From: a virus | Taxonomy: Duplodnaviria; Caudoviricetes | IMG/VR virus record: IMGVR_UViG_3300037461_000376 | Coordinates: 1-44,086 of that record | DNA: 44,086 nucleotides | Reading direction: 5' to 3' (one strand) | In this document: in pieces, positions 19,876-30,382 of the stretch | Layout: each line of letters begins with the position of its first letter | How positions within the stretch are numbered: the first letter of the stretch is position 1 | Notes under the pieces: generated by a model | Seen by the model: only the letters and a program-made list of their open reading frames with translations | Told to the model about the DNA's origin: nothing | Databases searched by the model: none | Made by a program: the position numbers and the translations under genes

Positions 19876-22800
19876 ATGAGCCATTTTACTATTTGCGTAA
19901 TTACTAAAAACGAAGAGAAAACCCTTCCTAGACTTCTTGATTCCCTCAGAAACTTCCAATTAAAAGGTGGAGAAATTGTTGTTGTAGATACCGGATCAAC
20001 TGATAATACAGTTAATATTGCCCGTAGTCGTGGTTGTAAAGTAGAAGAAGCAGGAGATAGATTTATTCATACAGTACCTGATGATTTGGTTAATAAAATC
20101 AATAATCAATTTGTTGTAGACAATGAAACACCTATCCTTAAATATGGAGATAAATACTTTGATTTCTCTTCAGCCCGGAATCTTGCAGCTTCTTTAGCTT
20201 CTAACGATTGGGTATCTTTTGCAGATGCAGATGAGACATTTACAAAACTGGATACAGATAAAATAGATGAAATAATTTCAGATACTAAACTGGCTAATCT
20301 GGAATATGAATTTGTCTTTTCCCACAGATCTGACTTCTCCTTAGATCCTCAGTTTATCGTACCCGATATTCAATTCATTCAATCCAAAATGTATAACAAA
20401 AAGAAAATGCAGTGGGTGGGATTAGTACATGAAGTATTATCCCAATATACAGATGGTGGGGAAAGAAGATATCTACCTCCGGATATATTTCTTCTTGACC
20501 ATTGGCAGTTAGCAGGGGATAAACATTCTTATTTAGTAGGTCTTGCCGTTGATTGTTATCTTCATCAGGAGAAGGATAGAAATTCTCACTATTTTGCAAG
20601 GGAACTTCTCTGGACCGGTAGACCAAAATCAGCCATTAAAGAATTTGAAAGACATATTTCTATGAAAAGGTGGCCCGCAGAAAGATCTCAATCAATGATC
20701 TTTATCTCCAAAGCATATGGGATACTTAATGAACCGGATAAACAAGTTGAATGGTTAAATAAAGCATACTATACAGATAGTGGAAGAAGGGAAGCATTAA
20801 TAGAACTGGCATTATTTTATAGACATAATAATAATCCTATGGCTACTGCAGTTTATGCTTCAGCAGCACTTAATATCCCATGGACAGGATTTTATGCTTC
20901 AGCCAAAGCTAATTATGAAGAATTACCCCATGAATTATTATATTGGGCTAAAGGATGGTTGGGAGATATTCCAGCAGCACAAAAACATATATTAAAAGCA
21001 TTAGAGTATTTACCATATAACGTAAATTATTTAAGGGATACAAAATATTATTTTGAGTATCCGGATAATGGGATAGAAGGATGGATGTTATTTACGGAAT
21101 TAACTTGGCTTTATGAAACAGCTAAGAAGATGGATACTATTGTTGAAATAGGTAGTTGGATGGGTAAAAGTACTCATGCTTTACTATCCGGTTGTAAAGG
21201 AAAAGTCTATGCCGTAGATACATTTGAAGGATCGGCAGCAGTAAACGACTGGACTCACAATAAGGGAATCCCCTTAAAAGTCTTTGATAAATTCAAACAG
21301 AATGTCGGTCATTTCAAAAACCTTGAGATAATGAAAATGACCAGTAAAGAAGCCTCTAAACTATTTAAAGACAAATCAGTAGATATGGTATTTATTGATG
21401 CCGGACATACTAAAGAGGAAGTCTTAGAAGATATTGCACTCTGGAGAAATAAAGCAAAGATTATTGTATCCGGACATGATTATGTTAAGACTATCTGGAT
21501 GGGAGTAATAGATGCGGTTGATGAATCAATGGGAGTATTGGATGGAGTTGCCGGTTCTATCTGGCATAAATGTATCAATAAACCATTTGTCAGTATTATT
21601 ATCCCGACATTAGGCAGACCGGAGAAATTAACTAGATTGGTAAAAATGATTAAAGAAAATGCCGGATATGATAATTATGAAGTAATTATAAAATATGATA
21701 AATTTCCTCCGGATAATAAAGGAGTACCAAAACTTCTTAAAGAAGGAGTAGAAGAAAGCCGGGGAGATCTGGTTATGTATCTGGGTAATGATTGTATTCC
21801 TGAAAAAGATTTCTTACAGTTGGCAGTTTTTAGAATGATTAAAGCATTTCCTGATCTTGATGGATTGGTAGGATTAAATGACGGATACTGGAAAGCAGGA
21901 GAGATGGCTACTCATTGGTTGGCTTCTAAGAAACTTCTTCCTTATCTGAACGGAGAGTTTTTTCATACTGGTTATTACCATACCGGATGTGATAATGAAT
22001 TGACTGAACGCTGTAGAAAGATTGGTAAATATGTATGGGCTAAAGAAGCCAAAATTATACATGACCATCCGGTTAGAACAGGATTTAAAGATAAAGATAT
22101 GGATGATGTTTACAGATGGGCTTATAAATTTGAACGGATGGAACATGATAAGACTCTTCTTAATGAAAGGTCTAAGGCATTAGGATTTGAATTACGAGTA
22201 AATTTTACGGATCCGGATAAGATTAAAAATACCAGAATAGAAGAATTTACCAAAATGGTAGAAAACGGAGAGAACTTTTCTTTTATCAAAATCGGGGATG
22301 GGGAAATTAATTGTATGAACGGGGCAGAAGGAACAAACTGTGATAACCATCCATATACTCCGGAACTGAAAGCAGCACTCTTAGATGCTTATAAATACCT
22401 TAACGATCTTGAAGATACCTATATACCCAAATGGGAAGATCTGATGCCACATCCAAGTCCGGTAGTAACCAAAGGTAATGTCAAAGGAGATATATTATTA
22501 CATACTGATACTAATCAAGAAAAATATGATTTTTATAAGACACTTAAACTATCAAAAAGAAAGAAGATATTTATTGGTCCGAAGGTATTAAACGAGGTAA
22601 AAGACTTTCTTAATATTGATGTAATGGTAGAGATTCCAGAGGTCAATGCTTTCTCTTATAAGTTTAATTTGGAACCGGAAAATAATGCAATTTATTTATT
22701 CTCTTCAGGTATGCCAAGTAAAGTCTGGATTGCTAAACTTCTAAGAAAGAACCGGAATATAACCTGTATTGATCTAGGAAGTGCCTTAGATCCTATCTTC

Positions 22801-23463
22801 AGGGATAAGACAAGAACAAGACAACTGGATAAAGAATATCTTAGAAACTACTATAAAGATCTTCTTGATAAAAGAATACCAAAAAGGATCTTTACTATCT
22901 GGTTAAATGATAAAAAAGGTTTACCTCCGTTAATAGAAAAATGTATAAGGACCCATAGACTTGAAGGATATGAATATAAGATTATTATCCTTGATAACTG
23001 TTTCCGGAATAAATATATTGAAGATGCAATTAAGGCTAAACAATGGGGTAAGGCTTGTGATTATTTACGTTGTTATTACCTTATAAAAGAAGGTGGCATT
23101 TATCTTGATGCGGATGTGGAAATGCTTCCGGAAAAGAATTTTGATGACTTGTTAAAGTATAATATATTTGCAGGAAGAGAGAATAATAACTTTGTAAATA
23201 CGGCAGTCTTAGGAGCAGAAAAAGATTGTCAGTTATTAAAAGATCATCTGGAAGAAGTAGAAAGAAGGTTTAAGGGAGATGATGGTTTATATTTTGAATC
23301 ATCCATTGAAATCATTACTCCCAGATTATATAAAGGAGCAACTGTTCTTGATCCGGAATATTTCTATCCTTATGACCATCAACGGAATACAACAACAATA
23401 ACAGATAAAACAATTTGCATACACCATTTTTATAAATCTTGGAAAGAAGGTGAGAATAAATGA
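19876..23463 (+). CDS. Multidomain enzyme: GT2-TPR-SAM methyltransferase-GT2-GT-D-like-DXD (GT32-like) glycosyltransferase
   Basis: KNEE/VDTGSTD/DFSSARN/DADE; TPR-like helices; VEIGSW.GKST, FIDAGH, GHDY; VSIIIPT; FIKIGDGE..IDLGS; IPKRIFTIW, DYLR, GGIYLDADV, HHFYKSW. Confidence 0.88.
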   Translation: MSHFTICVITKNEEKTLPRLLDSLRNFQLKGGEIVVVDTGSTDNTVNIARSRGCKVEEAGDRFIHTVPDDLVNKINNQFVVDNETPILKYGDKYFDFSSARNLAASLASNDWVSFADADETFTKLDTDKIDEIISDTKLANLEYEFVFSHRSDFSLDPQFIVPDIQFIQSKMYNKKKMQWVGLVHEVLSQYTDGGERRYLPPDIFLLDHWQLAGDKHSYLVGLAVDCYLHQEKDRNSHYFARELLWTGRPKSAIKEFERHISMKRWPAERSQSMIFISKAYGILNEPDKQVEWLNKAYYTDSGRREALIELALFYRHNNNPMATAVYASAALNIPWTGFYASAKANYEELPHELLYWAKGWLGDIPAAQKHILKALEYLPYNVNYLRDTKYYFEYPDNGIEGWMLFTELTWLYETAKKMDTIVEIGSWMGKSTHALLSGCKGKVYAVDTFEGSAAVNDWTHNKGIPLKVFDKFKQNVGHFKNLEIMKMTSKEASKLFKDKSVDMVFIDAGHTKEEVLEDIALWRNKAKIIVSGHDYVKTIWMGVIDAVDESMGVLDGVAGSIWHKCINKPFVSIIIPTLGRPEKLTRLVKMIKENAGYDNYEVIIKYDKFPPDNKGVPKLLKEGVEESRGDLVMYLGNDCIPEKDFLQLAVFRMIKAFPDLDGLVGLNDGYWKAGEMATHWLASKKLLPYLNGEFFHTGYYHTGCDNELTERCRKIGKYVWAKEAKIIHDHPVRTGFKDKDMDDVYRWAYKFERMEHDKTLLNERSKALGFELRVNFTDPDKIKNTRIEEFTKMVENGENFSFIKIGDGEINCMNGAEGTNCDNHPYTPELKAALLDAYKYLNDLEDTYIPKWEDLMPHPSPVVTKGNVKGDILLHTDTNQEKYDFYKTLKLSKRKKIFIGPKVLNEVKDFLNIDVMVEIPEVNAFSYKFNLEPENNAIYLFSSGMPSKVWIAKLLRKNRNITCIDLGSALDPIFRDKTRTRQLDKEYLRNYYKDLLDKRIPKRIFTIWLNDKKGLPPLIEKCIRTHRLEGYEYKIIILDNCFRNKYIEDAIKAKQWGKACDYLRCYYLIKEGGIYLDADVEMLPEKNFDDLLKYNIFAGRENNNFVNTAVLGAEKDCQLLKDHLEEVERRFKGDDGLYFESSIEIITPRLYKGATVLDPEYFYPYDHQRNTTTITDKTICIHHFYKSWKEGENK

Positions 23464-23633
23464 AATCTTTAAAAGGTATATTAAAAGCTAAAAGTATTCA
23501 GGATTATGCCTTATTCAATGGTAAAAAGGAAGTTTATTCCTTTACAGTAACCAATATAAAAAAACGGCAGATATTGGATAAATTTCAAGGACAGGAAGTA
23601 ACAGTTGAAAAAGTAGACAAGATCTTGAGATAA
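23460..23633 (+). CDS. 57-aa hypothetical protein (not in track)
   Basis: ATGA overlap, SD AAGGTGA; MKSLKGILKAKSIQDYALFNGKKEVYSF... Confidence 0.6.
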   Translation: MKSLKGILKAKSIQDYALFNGKKEVYSFTVTNIKKRQILDKFQGQEVTVEKVDKILR

Positions 23634-23664
23634 GGTGTATAATATTAATAGAGTTAATAAAACC

Positions 23665-24309
23665 ATGAACGAACCACAAACAGCATCATACGATACAATA
23701 GCAATCCAGAATATTGATAATGAGGATTTTGTATTTGAATACGATAAAAGTCGTGGTAATTATCCTTATATCATACCTGCCGGTCAGATAAAAAGATTTC
23801 CCCGTTTTTTAGCAGAACACGCAGTTAAACACATGATAGATAAGATCCTCAATAAACGGGATCAGCGTACTGATAATACAATTATCCGTCAATCATTAGC
23901 AGAACAGATTGTCATCTCTGAAGAGGTCCTGCAACAACCTCCTAAAAAGACTGAAGCTGATATATTAAAAGAACGGGTAGATAAATTGAATAAACCTTCA
24001 GAATTGGAATCAGTCTTGGATAAATACCGCAAAGAAGAAAAGATAGTTACTCCTCCACCAGTTACTGAAACTCCTCCGGTAGAAAAAGAGAAATTTGAAG
24101 GATTGGAAGAAATAGATATAACAGATAAACCAGTAGAAGTTAAACCTGCAGAAGTTAAACCAGTTCCTACTAGAAGAGAGATTTATGATTATGCTACAAA
24201 TAAAATGGGAATAACTATAGATGAAACAACCCAGAAGAAATTTGATAAGATGAAAGTACAAGATTTATTAAAAGAATTGGGAGATCCAAGAGAGGATTTA
24301 GGAGCATAA
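23665..24309 (+). CDS. Hypothetical protein (start probably ATG 23665)
   Basis: The track GTG start overlaps a TATAAT box at 23638 (TAGACA at 23614). Confidence 0.7.
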   Translation: MNEPQTASYDTIAIQNIDNEDFVFEYDKSRGNYPYIIPAGQIKRFPRFLAEHAVKHMIDKILNKRDQRTDNTIIRQSLAEQIVISEEVLQQPPKKTEADILKERVDKLNKPSELESVLDKYRKEEKIVTPPPVTETPPVEKEKFEGLEEIDITDKPVEVKPAEVKPVPTRREIYDYATNKMGITIDETTQKKFDKMKVQDLLKELGDPREDLGA

Positions 24310-24310
24310 T

Positions 24311-25057
24311 ATGGCTGATTTAGATGATATAAAAGTAAAAGATCCTACTACCTTAACAGATGAGGAAAAAGGTGTTTTAAAAGACAGTTGGGATTCCTTA
24401 ACTGATGATGAAAAAGGAACATTCAAAGATGTAAATCCACCTTCAGTTCCGGAAACATTTGGTTTTAAATCTCAGGAAGAATTTGATAAAGCAGTAACGG
24501 AACGGACTGAAAAGATATTAGCTGATAAAGAAACAGCCCGTCTTGAAGAAGAAAGAAAGAAACTATTACCTCCGGAAGAAGATTTTTTTCCTCCTAATTT
24601 TCAGGCTAAAGATTGGAATGAAGCAGCCAGAATTATGTTTCCTAAGTTTAAAGAAAAGATATTCAAAGAACAGGAAATGACTACTAAACAACGGCAGGAA
24701 CAGATAGATAAAATCAATCAGGAATTTGATAAAGAGATTGAATCCATAGTTGTAAGTAATCCCGAACTTCCTAAAAAAGGAACTCCGGAAAGAAAAGATT
24801 GGGAGACTGAACTGGCTAAAGTAGGCATGGAATATCCGGTTAGAAATATGACACAGGCATATAATATCTGGAAAGCTCTTAAAGGAGGTAAATCAGAAGA
24901 ACCGGTATCTAACAGACAAAAAGATCTAGCCAGTAAAATAGGAAGATCCGGTGGAGAAGGTACAGTTGTTAAAGAAAGAAGCCATAAAGAACTATCAGGT
25001 CGCAGTATGGATGATTTAATAGAGGAAGATTTGGCTAAATTAGGTGTTAAAGATTAA
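24311..25057 (+). CDS. Putative capsid scaffolding protein
   Basis: Acidic, helical, FKSQEEFDKAV motif, AY.IWK, flexible linker and short C-terminal helix. Confidence 0.55.
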   Translation: MADLDDIKVKDPTTLTDEEKGVLKDSWDSLTDDEKGTFKDVNPPSVPETFGFKSQEEFDKAVTERTEKILADKETARLEEERKKLLPPEEDFFPPNFQAKDWNEAARIMFPKFKEKIFKEQEMTTKQRQEQIDKINQEFDKEIESIVVSNPELPKKGTPERKDWETELAKVGMEYPVRNMTQAYNIWKALKGGKSEEPVSNRQKDLASKIGRSGGEGTVVKERSHKELSGRSMDDLIEEDLAKLGVKD

Positions 25058-25068
25058 GATTAGTATTG

Positions 25069-25120
25069 TGATATAATAGAATCTAAGAGGTAATAAGCCC
25101 GATAATGTCGGGTTTTTTTT
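25069..25120 (+). promoter_or_regulatory. Tail-operon promoter plus terminator-like leader hairpin
   Basis: TGaTATAAT 25069-25077; AAGCCCGAT-aat-GTCGGGTTT with T8 (25095-25120). Confidence 0.75.
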
Positions 25121-25127
25121 ATAATAT

Positions 25128-25592
25128 ATGCCTTTTACTAAAGGACATTTATTAGGATTTAAAAAAGGATATACTCCTTGGAATAAAGGAAAGAAATGGT
25201 CTAATCCTGCTAATATCGGTCCTAAACCTTGGGTTAGAGAATCTAATTTAAAATTAGGTATAGGATATAAGAAAGGACATCCTAATTATTTTCTAGGTTA
25301 TGGAAAAACATCTATTAACAAAAGGGAAAGAGCAAGATTTCGTAATAGTATACAAAAATTGGTATTTGAGAGAGATAATTATACTTGTCAATTATGTGGT
25401 ATTAAAGGAGTTATATTACAAGTAGATCATATTCAATCATGGGCTGATTATATAGAATTACGTTTTGAAATAAATAACTGTCGTACACTTTGTGTTAAAT
25501 GTCATTATAAAATTACTTATGGTAAACCATTACCAAAAAGTATTAAAAGTTGGGGAAGAAATTTATCTAAAGGAGGTGCATTGGTATTTTAA
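25128..25592 (+). CDS. HNH homing endonuclease
   Basis: FKKGYTPWNKG N-terminal motif; VFERDNYTCQLCG...VDHI...NCRTLCVKCH. Confidence 0.92.
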   Translation: MPFTKGHLLGFKKGYTPWNKGKKWSNPANIGPKPWVRESNLKLGIGYKKGHPNYFLGYGKTSINKRERARFRNSIQKLVFERDNYTCQLCGIKGVILQVDHIQSWADYIELRFEINNCRTLCVKCHYKITYGKPLPKSIKSWGRNLSKGGALVF

Positions 25593-26500
25593 GTTATGAA
25601 TCACAATATACACTATGGCAACAGTTAACTTCTGATGCAGATGCTACTAATCTTACAATGGGTAAGACTCTAATTCATGAAGGACAAAGAAAACTTCAAT
25701 CAGAATTGGGTATTTATTATACAGAAGAAATCCGTACATTTACTACAGTAACTGATGCTATATCAGGCACATCCTATAAATCTTATCCTATTCCAGAGAA
25801 TTTTAAATCTTTAACAGCTTTATACGTTACTTCAGGTACAACTCAATATAACGCTGAACTTATTCAGAATGAAGAACTATGGAGATGGATGTCAGCCACA
25901 ACTACTCAAAGTACCAGTAATTATCTTTCTCATTGTTTTATTAGATCAGACCGTATAGAACTATATCCGATTCCTTCATCTGCTCTTACTGCCACTATGA
26001 TTTTCAGAAGGATGGCTAAAGATAATCTTAATGATGATTATACTACAGGTACAATTACTACTCTTACTAATGGAGCAAGTGCAATTACCGGAAGCGGTTC
26101 AACTTGGACTTCAGGTATGGTAGGAAGATATTTTAAGATAGATGCGGATGGAGAATGGTATAGAATTTCTGCATTTACTTCTACAACAGCTATAACACTA
26201 GCCTCAGAATATCAGGGAGTTTCTATTGCAACCGGAACTGAAGCCTATACGATTGGAGATATGCCTATAACACCACCTGATACCCATGTACTTCCGGTTT
26301 ATTATGCTTGTTGGAAATACTTCCTTTTCCGCAAGGATGTCCAGATGTCCAGAGAATTTGAAAGAATGTGGAAGGAAGGACTAAGTGATGCTAAGGCTTC
26401 TTGGGCTAACCGTTCCTCAAGCAATATAACCAGAGGATACCCTAATATAAATGGGGGGCGGTTTGTTAATCCGAACTACTTCCCCGAAAGTTTGAGTTAA
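25586..26500 (+). CDS. Head-tail adaptor/tail tubular protein; probable ATT start at 25586 (first ATG 25658)
   Basis: Y.IPENFK, IELYPIPS, P.D.H.LPVYYA; frame open from 25571; SD AGGAGGTG ends 7 nt before ATT. Confidence 0.65.
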   Translation: MLSYESQYTLWQQLTSDADATNLTMGKTLIHEGQRKLQSELGIYYTEEIRTFTTVTDAISGTSYKSYPIPENFKSLTALYVTSGTTQYNAELIQNEELWRWMSATTTQSTSNYLSHCFIRSDRIELYPIPSSALTATMIFRRMAKDNLNDDYTTGTITTLTNGASAITGSGSTWTSGMVGRYFKIDADGEWYRISAFTSTTAITLASEYQGVSIATGTEAYTIGDMPITPPDTHVLPVYYACWKYFLFRKDVQMSREFERMWKEGLSDAKASWANRSSSNITRGYPNINGGRFVNPNYFPESLS

Positions 26501-26501
26501 T

Positions 26502-29500
26502 ATGGCTAGGAATTTGATTCAACAATCCAGATTTTCCGGATTATCATATTCTGAAAAGGAAGGTATAAATTCTTCTTTTCTATGGGGCAAATCAATAGAT
26601 CACCGGTCAGATCCTACTAAACTTAAATTACTTCCTAGAACGACTAAAGTTTCAGGTACTGTTGTAGAAGATTTAATTATGGATGCAGACCGTCAGGATA
26701 CGGATACTTATTTATATGGAGATGCCGGTAATTTATATAAAAGAACAAGTGCAGATGTATGGTCTAATCTTCGTACAGTAGGAAGTTCACATGGAAATGG
26801 GATGAAATATTTTGGAGAGGATGTTTATCTTTACTATACTTCAGATAAAGTTATCGGAAGATATGGTCCTTTTGGAGGAACAAAAACTTTTGCGGATGAT
26901 TTCTTAGGAGCACAGGGAGGAGTACCACTTAATACCAATTCTTTAGATTTGGAAGCAGGATCTTCTCAATATGCTTCTATGGCTGATTCCGCTACGCTTT
27001 CTATTACCGGAGATCTTTCTTTGGAAGCCTATGTTAAATTAGAATCTTTACCGGCAGTTGGAGCGTCTATGGTTATGGTTGGTAAATGGGATGCTGATAC
27101 TGCCAAAAGAAGTTATGTCTTTGAAATGACAGGTATATCCGGATATTTTGGAGACGGGGATTCTGGTGCATTAACTGTTTCTTCAGATACTACTCAAGCT
27201 CCAGTTGATTCAGCTTGTACGGGAACGGCTACTGAGTCTACTCTTACTGCAACAAATGCTTCTTTTGCTGTAGGAGATAAATTACTTATTCATCAGACTA
27301 GGGGTACAAATGCCGGTCAATGGGAAAGAAACGAAATTGCCGGATACACAGCCGGTACAATTACCCTTACAAATCCATTAACTAATACCTATACATCAGG
27401 AGCACAGGTTATTGTTATGGAAGAATATTCAGCAGTTACAGTTAACTCAGGTATAACTTGGACTGCTAAGGCTTGGGATGGAACAGTAGGAGGAATATTG
27501 ACCTTTCTTTGCAGCGGAACTACTACTGTTACAGGAAATATTAGTGCAATAGGAAAAGGATTTAGAGGAACAACTGTTACTGCTGGAGATGCTTCAACAG
27601 GAGGTCAGGGAGAAGGAACTGCAGGAGCCGGAGATACCCGTTCAAGATCAGCCAATGGTAATGGTGGAGGCGGTTATCAGGGAGCTTCTGGCAGTCCAAA
27701 AGGTACACCCGGATCTGGAGGTAATGGTGTTGCCGGTACTGATGGAGAAAATGGAGTTGGAACTAAGGGATTAGGAGGAGTAGCAGCAGGTACGGCAGAT
27801 CTTACAACAATGGTTTTTGGTGGAGGTGGTGGCGGTGGTAATGCTGAAAATAATCCTTCTAGGGCTTATGGAAATGATGGAGGAGGAATTGTTTTTTTCT
27901 CAACTGTAGCACTGACCATATCGGGAACTATTAAGGCTGATGCAGAAACTGAAACAGGATCTGGTGAAAATAGCGGAAATGATAGCGGTGGTGGAGGTGG
28001 AGGTGGAGGTTCAGTTTTAATAAAATGTCAGACAGCAACTTTGGGAACAGCTTTAATAACGGCACAAGGAAAAGCAGGAAGGACACATTGGGGAGATGCT
28101 TATGATGGTCCAACAGGAGGAGATGGAAGAGTTCACGTTGATTATTATACTTCTTATACAGGTACAACTAATCCGACTTTAGATGTTACTCAGGATGAAA
28201 ATCTGGTTACAACAACAGCTTATCAATTAAGATTAGGAGTATCTACTGATGGTACTGCAGAAGAATATCTTACAAAAACCTTAGCGGTTGATCCGGTTGT
28301 TTCAACTTGGTATCGGTATGCAGTTACTTGGGATGCTTCCGCTTCTCTTGCTACTTTTTATCTTAATGGAGTATCACTAGGTACATCTACAGGAACATTA
28401 ACTGCTATTCACAATAATGCTACTCTTGCAACTATTGGAGCAAAATATGCTGCCGGTACTGCTGCAAGTTTCTTTGATGGTTTAATTGATGATATTAGAA
28501 TTTGGAATGATATCCGGACTACAGGAGAATTATATAATTATATGGATGTGGAAATAGGAGGAGGAAGTGCCGGTCTTGCAGCCTATCATCAGGTAGATAG
28601 TTCAACATCAGATTCAACTGCCAATGCAAATAATTTAACACTTGTAAATACACCATCCTATTCAACTGATGTACCTTTTGCTTCTCCGACAAGTAGATTG
28701 GATTTGGATCAATCTTTAGATACTAGCGGTCAGACAGAGACTTTACCAACTGCTATTGATGAAGGGGCAACAAACAGACAGACATTCGTACCGGCTAAAG
28801 ATCCTCAAAAATCCGTTGAAATATTAATAGCAGATAAAGGTACGGGTAATTGGACACTTACTGTTCATGATGCATTAAATAGATTAATAGCCACAGTTAC
28901 AGTAGCCAATGCAGAACTACCTGCAAGTGGAGATTATGAATTTGAATTTGCTTCAGTTTGGAGACCTCTTATGGGAGCATCCTATCATTTTCATGTTATT
29001 TCATCTGTAGCTGATGGAACAGTAACAACTACTACATTAAATGATTTAGAGACGGTTGATTTTCATACTTATTATCAATTTCTTGTAGAAGATGTATATC
29101 ATCCAGTAGAACAGATTATCAATAAACTAGGTATAGGAAATGAAAGATATTTAGCTACTTGGGATGGTATTACTTATTATCCTCATGCTCTAACTTTACC
29201 TTCAGGATACCGTATCCGTTGTCTTGGTACTTGGAGGGAATATTTAGTTATGGGAACAATGAGAGGCAGTAATATAACAGATGATGATGTAGGAAGATTA
29301 TTCTTCTGGGATGGATATTCAACTACTTATAATTTCTATATTGATATACCTCAAGGTGCAGTTAATTGTATTCTTTCTGGAGATCCTCTATATTTTATGG
29401 CAGGATATTCCGGAGATTTAATGGCTTATTCCGGAGGAGGAGCAGAGAAGATCAGACGGATGCCTAAAATCTCTACTTCAACAACTCTTGAATTTAACCG

Positions 29501-30104
29501 TAAAGCTATCAGTATGTACCGGTCTTTAGTCCATATTGGTATGGCAGAAAATTCTACTGATACTACAATAGAACGGGGAGTTTATTCATGGGGTACTTTA
29601 GATAAAGAACTTCCTTCTACTATGAGTTTTGATTATCCTCTTTCACTTGGTATAACTACAGGAGCAACACTTGAGATTGGTTTAGTATATCCGATTGGAT
29701 CTAAACTTCTTATTTCTTGGAGAAATGCTTCATCTTACGGAGTAGATTCAGTTAGTCCTTCCAATAATCCTTATGCTACCGGTACTTGTGAATTTTTAAT
29801 AACAGATAGTGGAGATATATCAAAAGAGAAACAATCCCAATTCTTACGGGGATATTTCAAAGCTCTTGTTTCTGGAGATTCAGTTACTCTTAAATATAAG
29901 ATTGACCGCCAGAGTTCATGGGTAACAGGAAGTGTAGTTACTACAGCAGATGTTAAAGAGGCACGACTGGCATTACCTACTAAAGCTAATAGGTTTAATG
30001 AATTTCAATTTGGCGTAAATTTGGCTACATCAAATACCTCAAGTCCGGAGTTTTATGGAATAGCTTTGGATGAAGATACACTTGCTCATGAGAGGAGAAC
30101 ATAA
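26502..30104 (+). CDS. Tail nozzle/tubular-B-like protein with inserted LamG and glycine-rich domains
   Basis: Propeller-like ends (LFFWDG); LamG motifs LSLEAYVK, WYRYAVTWD, FYLNG, FDGLIDDIRIWN; poly-Gly central region. Confidence 0.7.
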   Translation: MARNLIQQSRFSGLSYSEKEGINSSFLWGKSIDHRSDPTKLKLLPRTTKVSGTVVEDLIMDADRQDTDTYLYGDAGNLYKRTSADVWSNLRTVGSSHGNGMKYFGEDVYLYYTSDKVIGRYGPFGGTKTFADDFLGAQGGVPLNTNSLDLEAGSSQYASMADSATLSITGDLSLEAYVKLESLPAVGASMVMVGKWDADTAKRSYVFEMTGISGYFGDGDSGALTVSSDTTQAPVDSACTGTATESTLTATNASFAVGDKLLIHQTRGTNAGQWERNEIAGYTAGTITLTNPLTNTYTSGAQVIVMEEYSAVTVNSGITWTAKAWDGTVGGILTFLCSGTTTVTGNISAIGKGFRGTTVTAGDASTGGQGEGTAGAGDTRSRSANGNGGGGYQGASGSPKGTPGSGGNGVAGTDGENGVGTKGLGGVAAGTADLTTMVFGGGGGGGNAENNPSRAYGNDGGGIVFFSTVALTISGTIKADAETETGSGENSGNDSGGGGGGGGSVLIKCQTATLGTALITAQGKAGRTHWGDAYDGPTGGDGRVHVDYYTSYTGTTNPTLDVTQDENLVTTTAYQLRLGVSTDGTAEEYLTKTLAVDPVVSTWYRYAVTWDASASLATFYLNGVSLGTSTGTLTAIHNNATLATIGAKYAAGTAASFFDGLIDDIRIWNDIRTTGELYNYMDVEIGGGSAGLAAYHQVDSSTSDSTANANNLTLVNTPSYSTDVPFASPTSRLDLDQSLDTSGQTETLPTAIDEGATNRQTFVPAKDPQKSVEILIADKGTGNWTLTVHDALNRLIATVTVANAELPASGDYEFEFASVWRPLMGASYHFHVISSVADGTVTTTTLNDLETVDFHTYYQFLVEDVYHPVEQIINKLGIGNERYLATWDGITYYPHALTLPSGYRIRCLGTWREYLVMGTMRGSNITDDDVGRLFFWDGYSTTYNFYIDIPQGAVNCILSGDPLYFMAGYSGDLMAYSGGGAEKIRRMPKISTSTTLEFNRKAISMYRSLVHIGMAENSTDTTIERGVYSWGTLDKELPSTMSFDYPLSLGITTGATLEIGLVYPIGSKLLISWRNASSYGVDSVSPSNNPYATGTCEFLITDSGDISKEKQSQFLRGYFKALVSGDSVTLKYKIDRQSSWVTGSVVTTADVKEARLALPTKANRFNEFQFGVNLATSNTSSPEFYGIALDEDTLAHERRT

Positions 30105-30361
30105 TGGATGAAAAATTAACTAAAGATAAAGTTGAACAAATGATTAAGGAAAGGATCAGTAAAGTTATAGGTCAATTTAATATCTTTCCGGATCAGATTA
30201 AATCCCGTCATATAGGAGAAGGTATCAGGTTTATCAGATCCGGTTTAGCTGCTAGTAGACCTACAAGTGGAGAGAAAGCAGGAGCAGTTTGGTTCTCAAC
30301 TGATTCAGATACACTTAATATTTGGAATGGTACGGCATGGGTACAAGAAATTTTAACGTAA
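30104..30361 (+). CDS. Small tail-associated protein
   Basis: RP......G.VWF.TD..TLNIWNGTAW motif typical of fibre/tail modules. Confidence 0.6.
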   Translation: MDEKLTKDKVEQMIKERISKVIGQFNIFPDQIKSRHIGEGIRFIRSGLAASRPTSGEKAGAVWFSTDSDTLNIWNGTAWVQEILT

Positions 30362-30382
30362 TAAAAATGTTATAATAATACT

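Noticed and set aside
25128-25592. Group I intron around the HNH gene
   Set aside because: The ORF fills the whole interval, leaving no room for an intron core.
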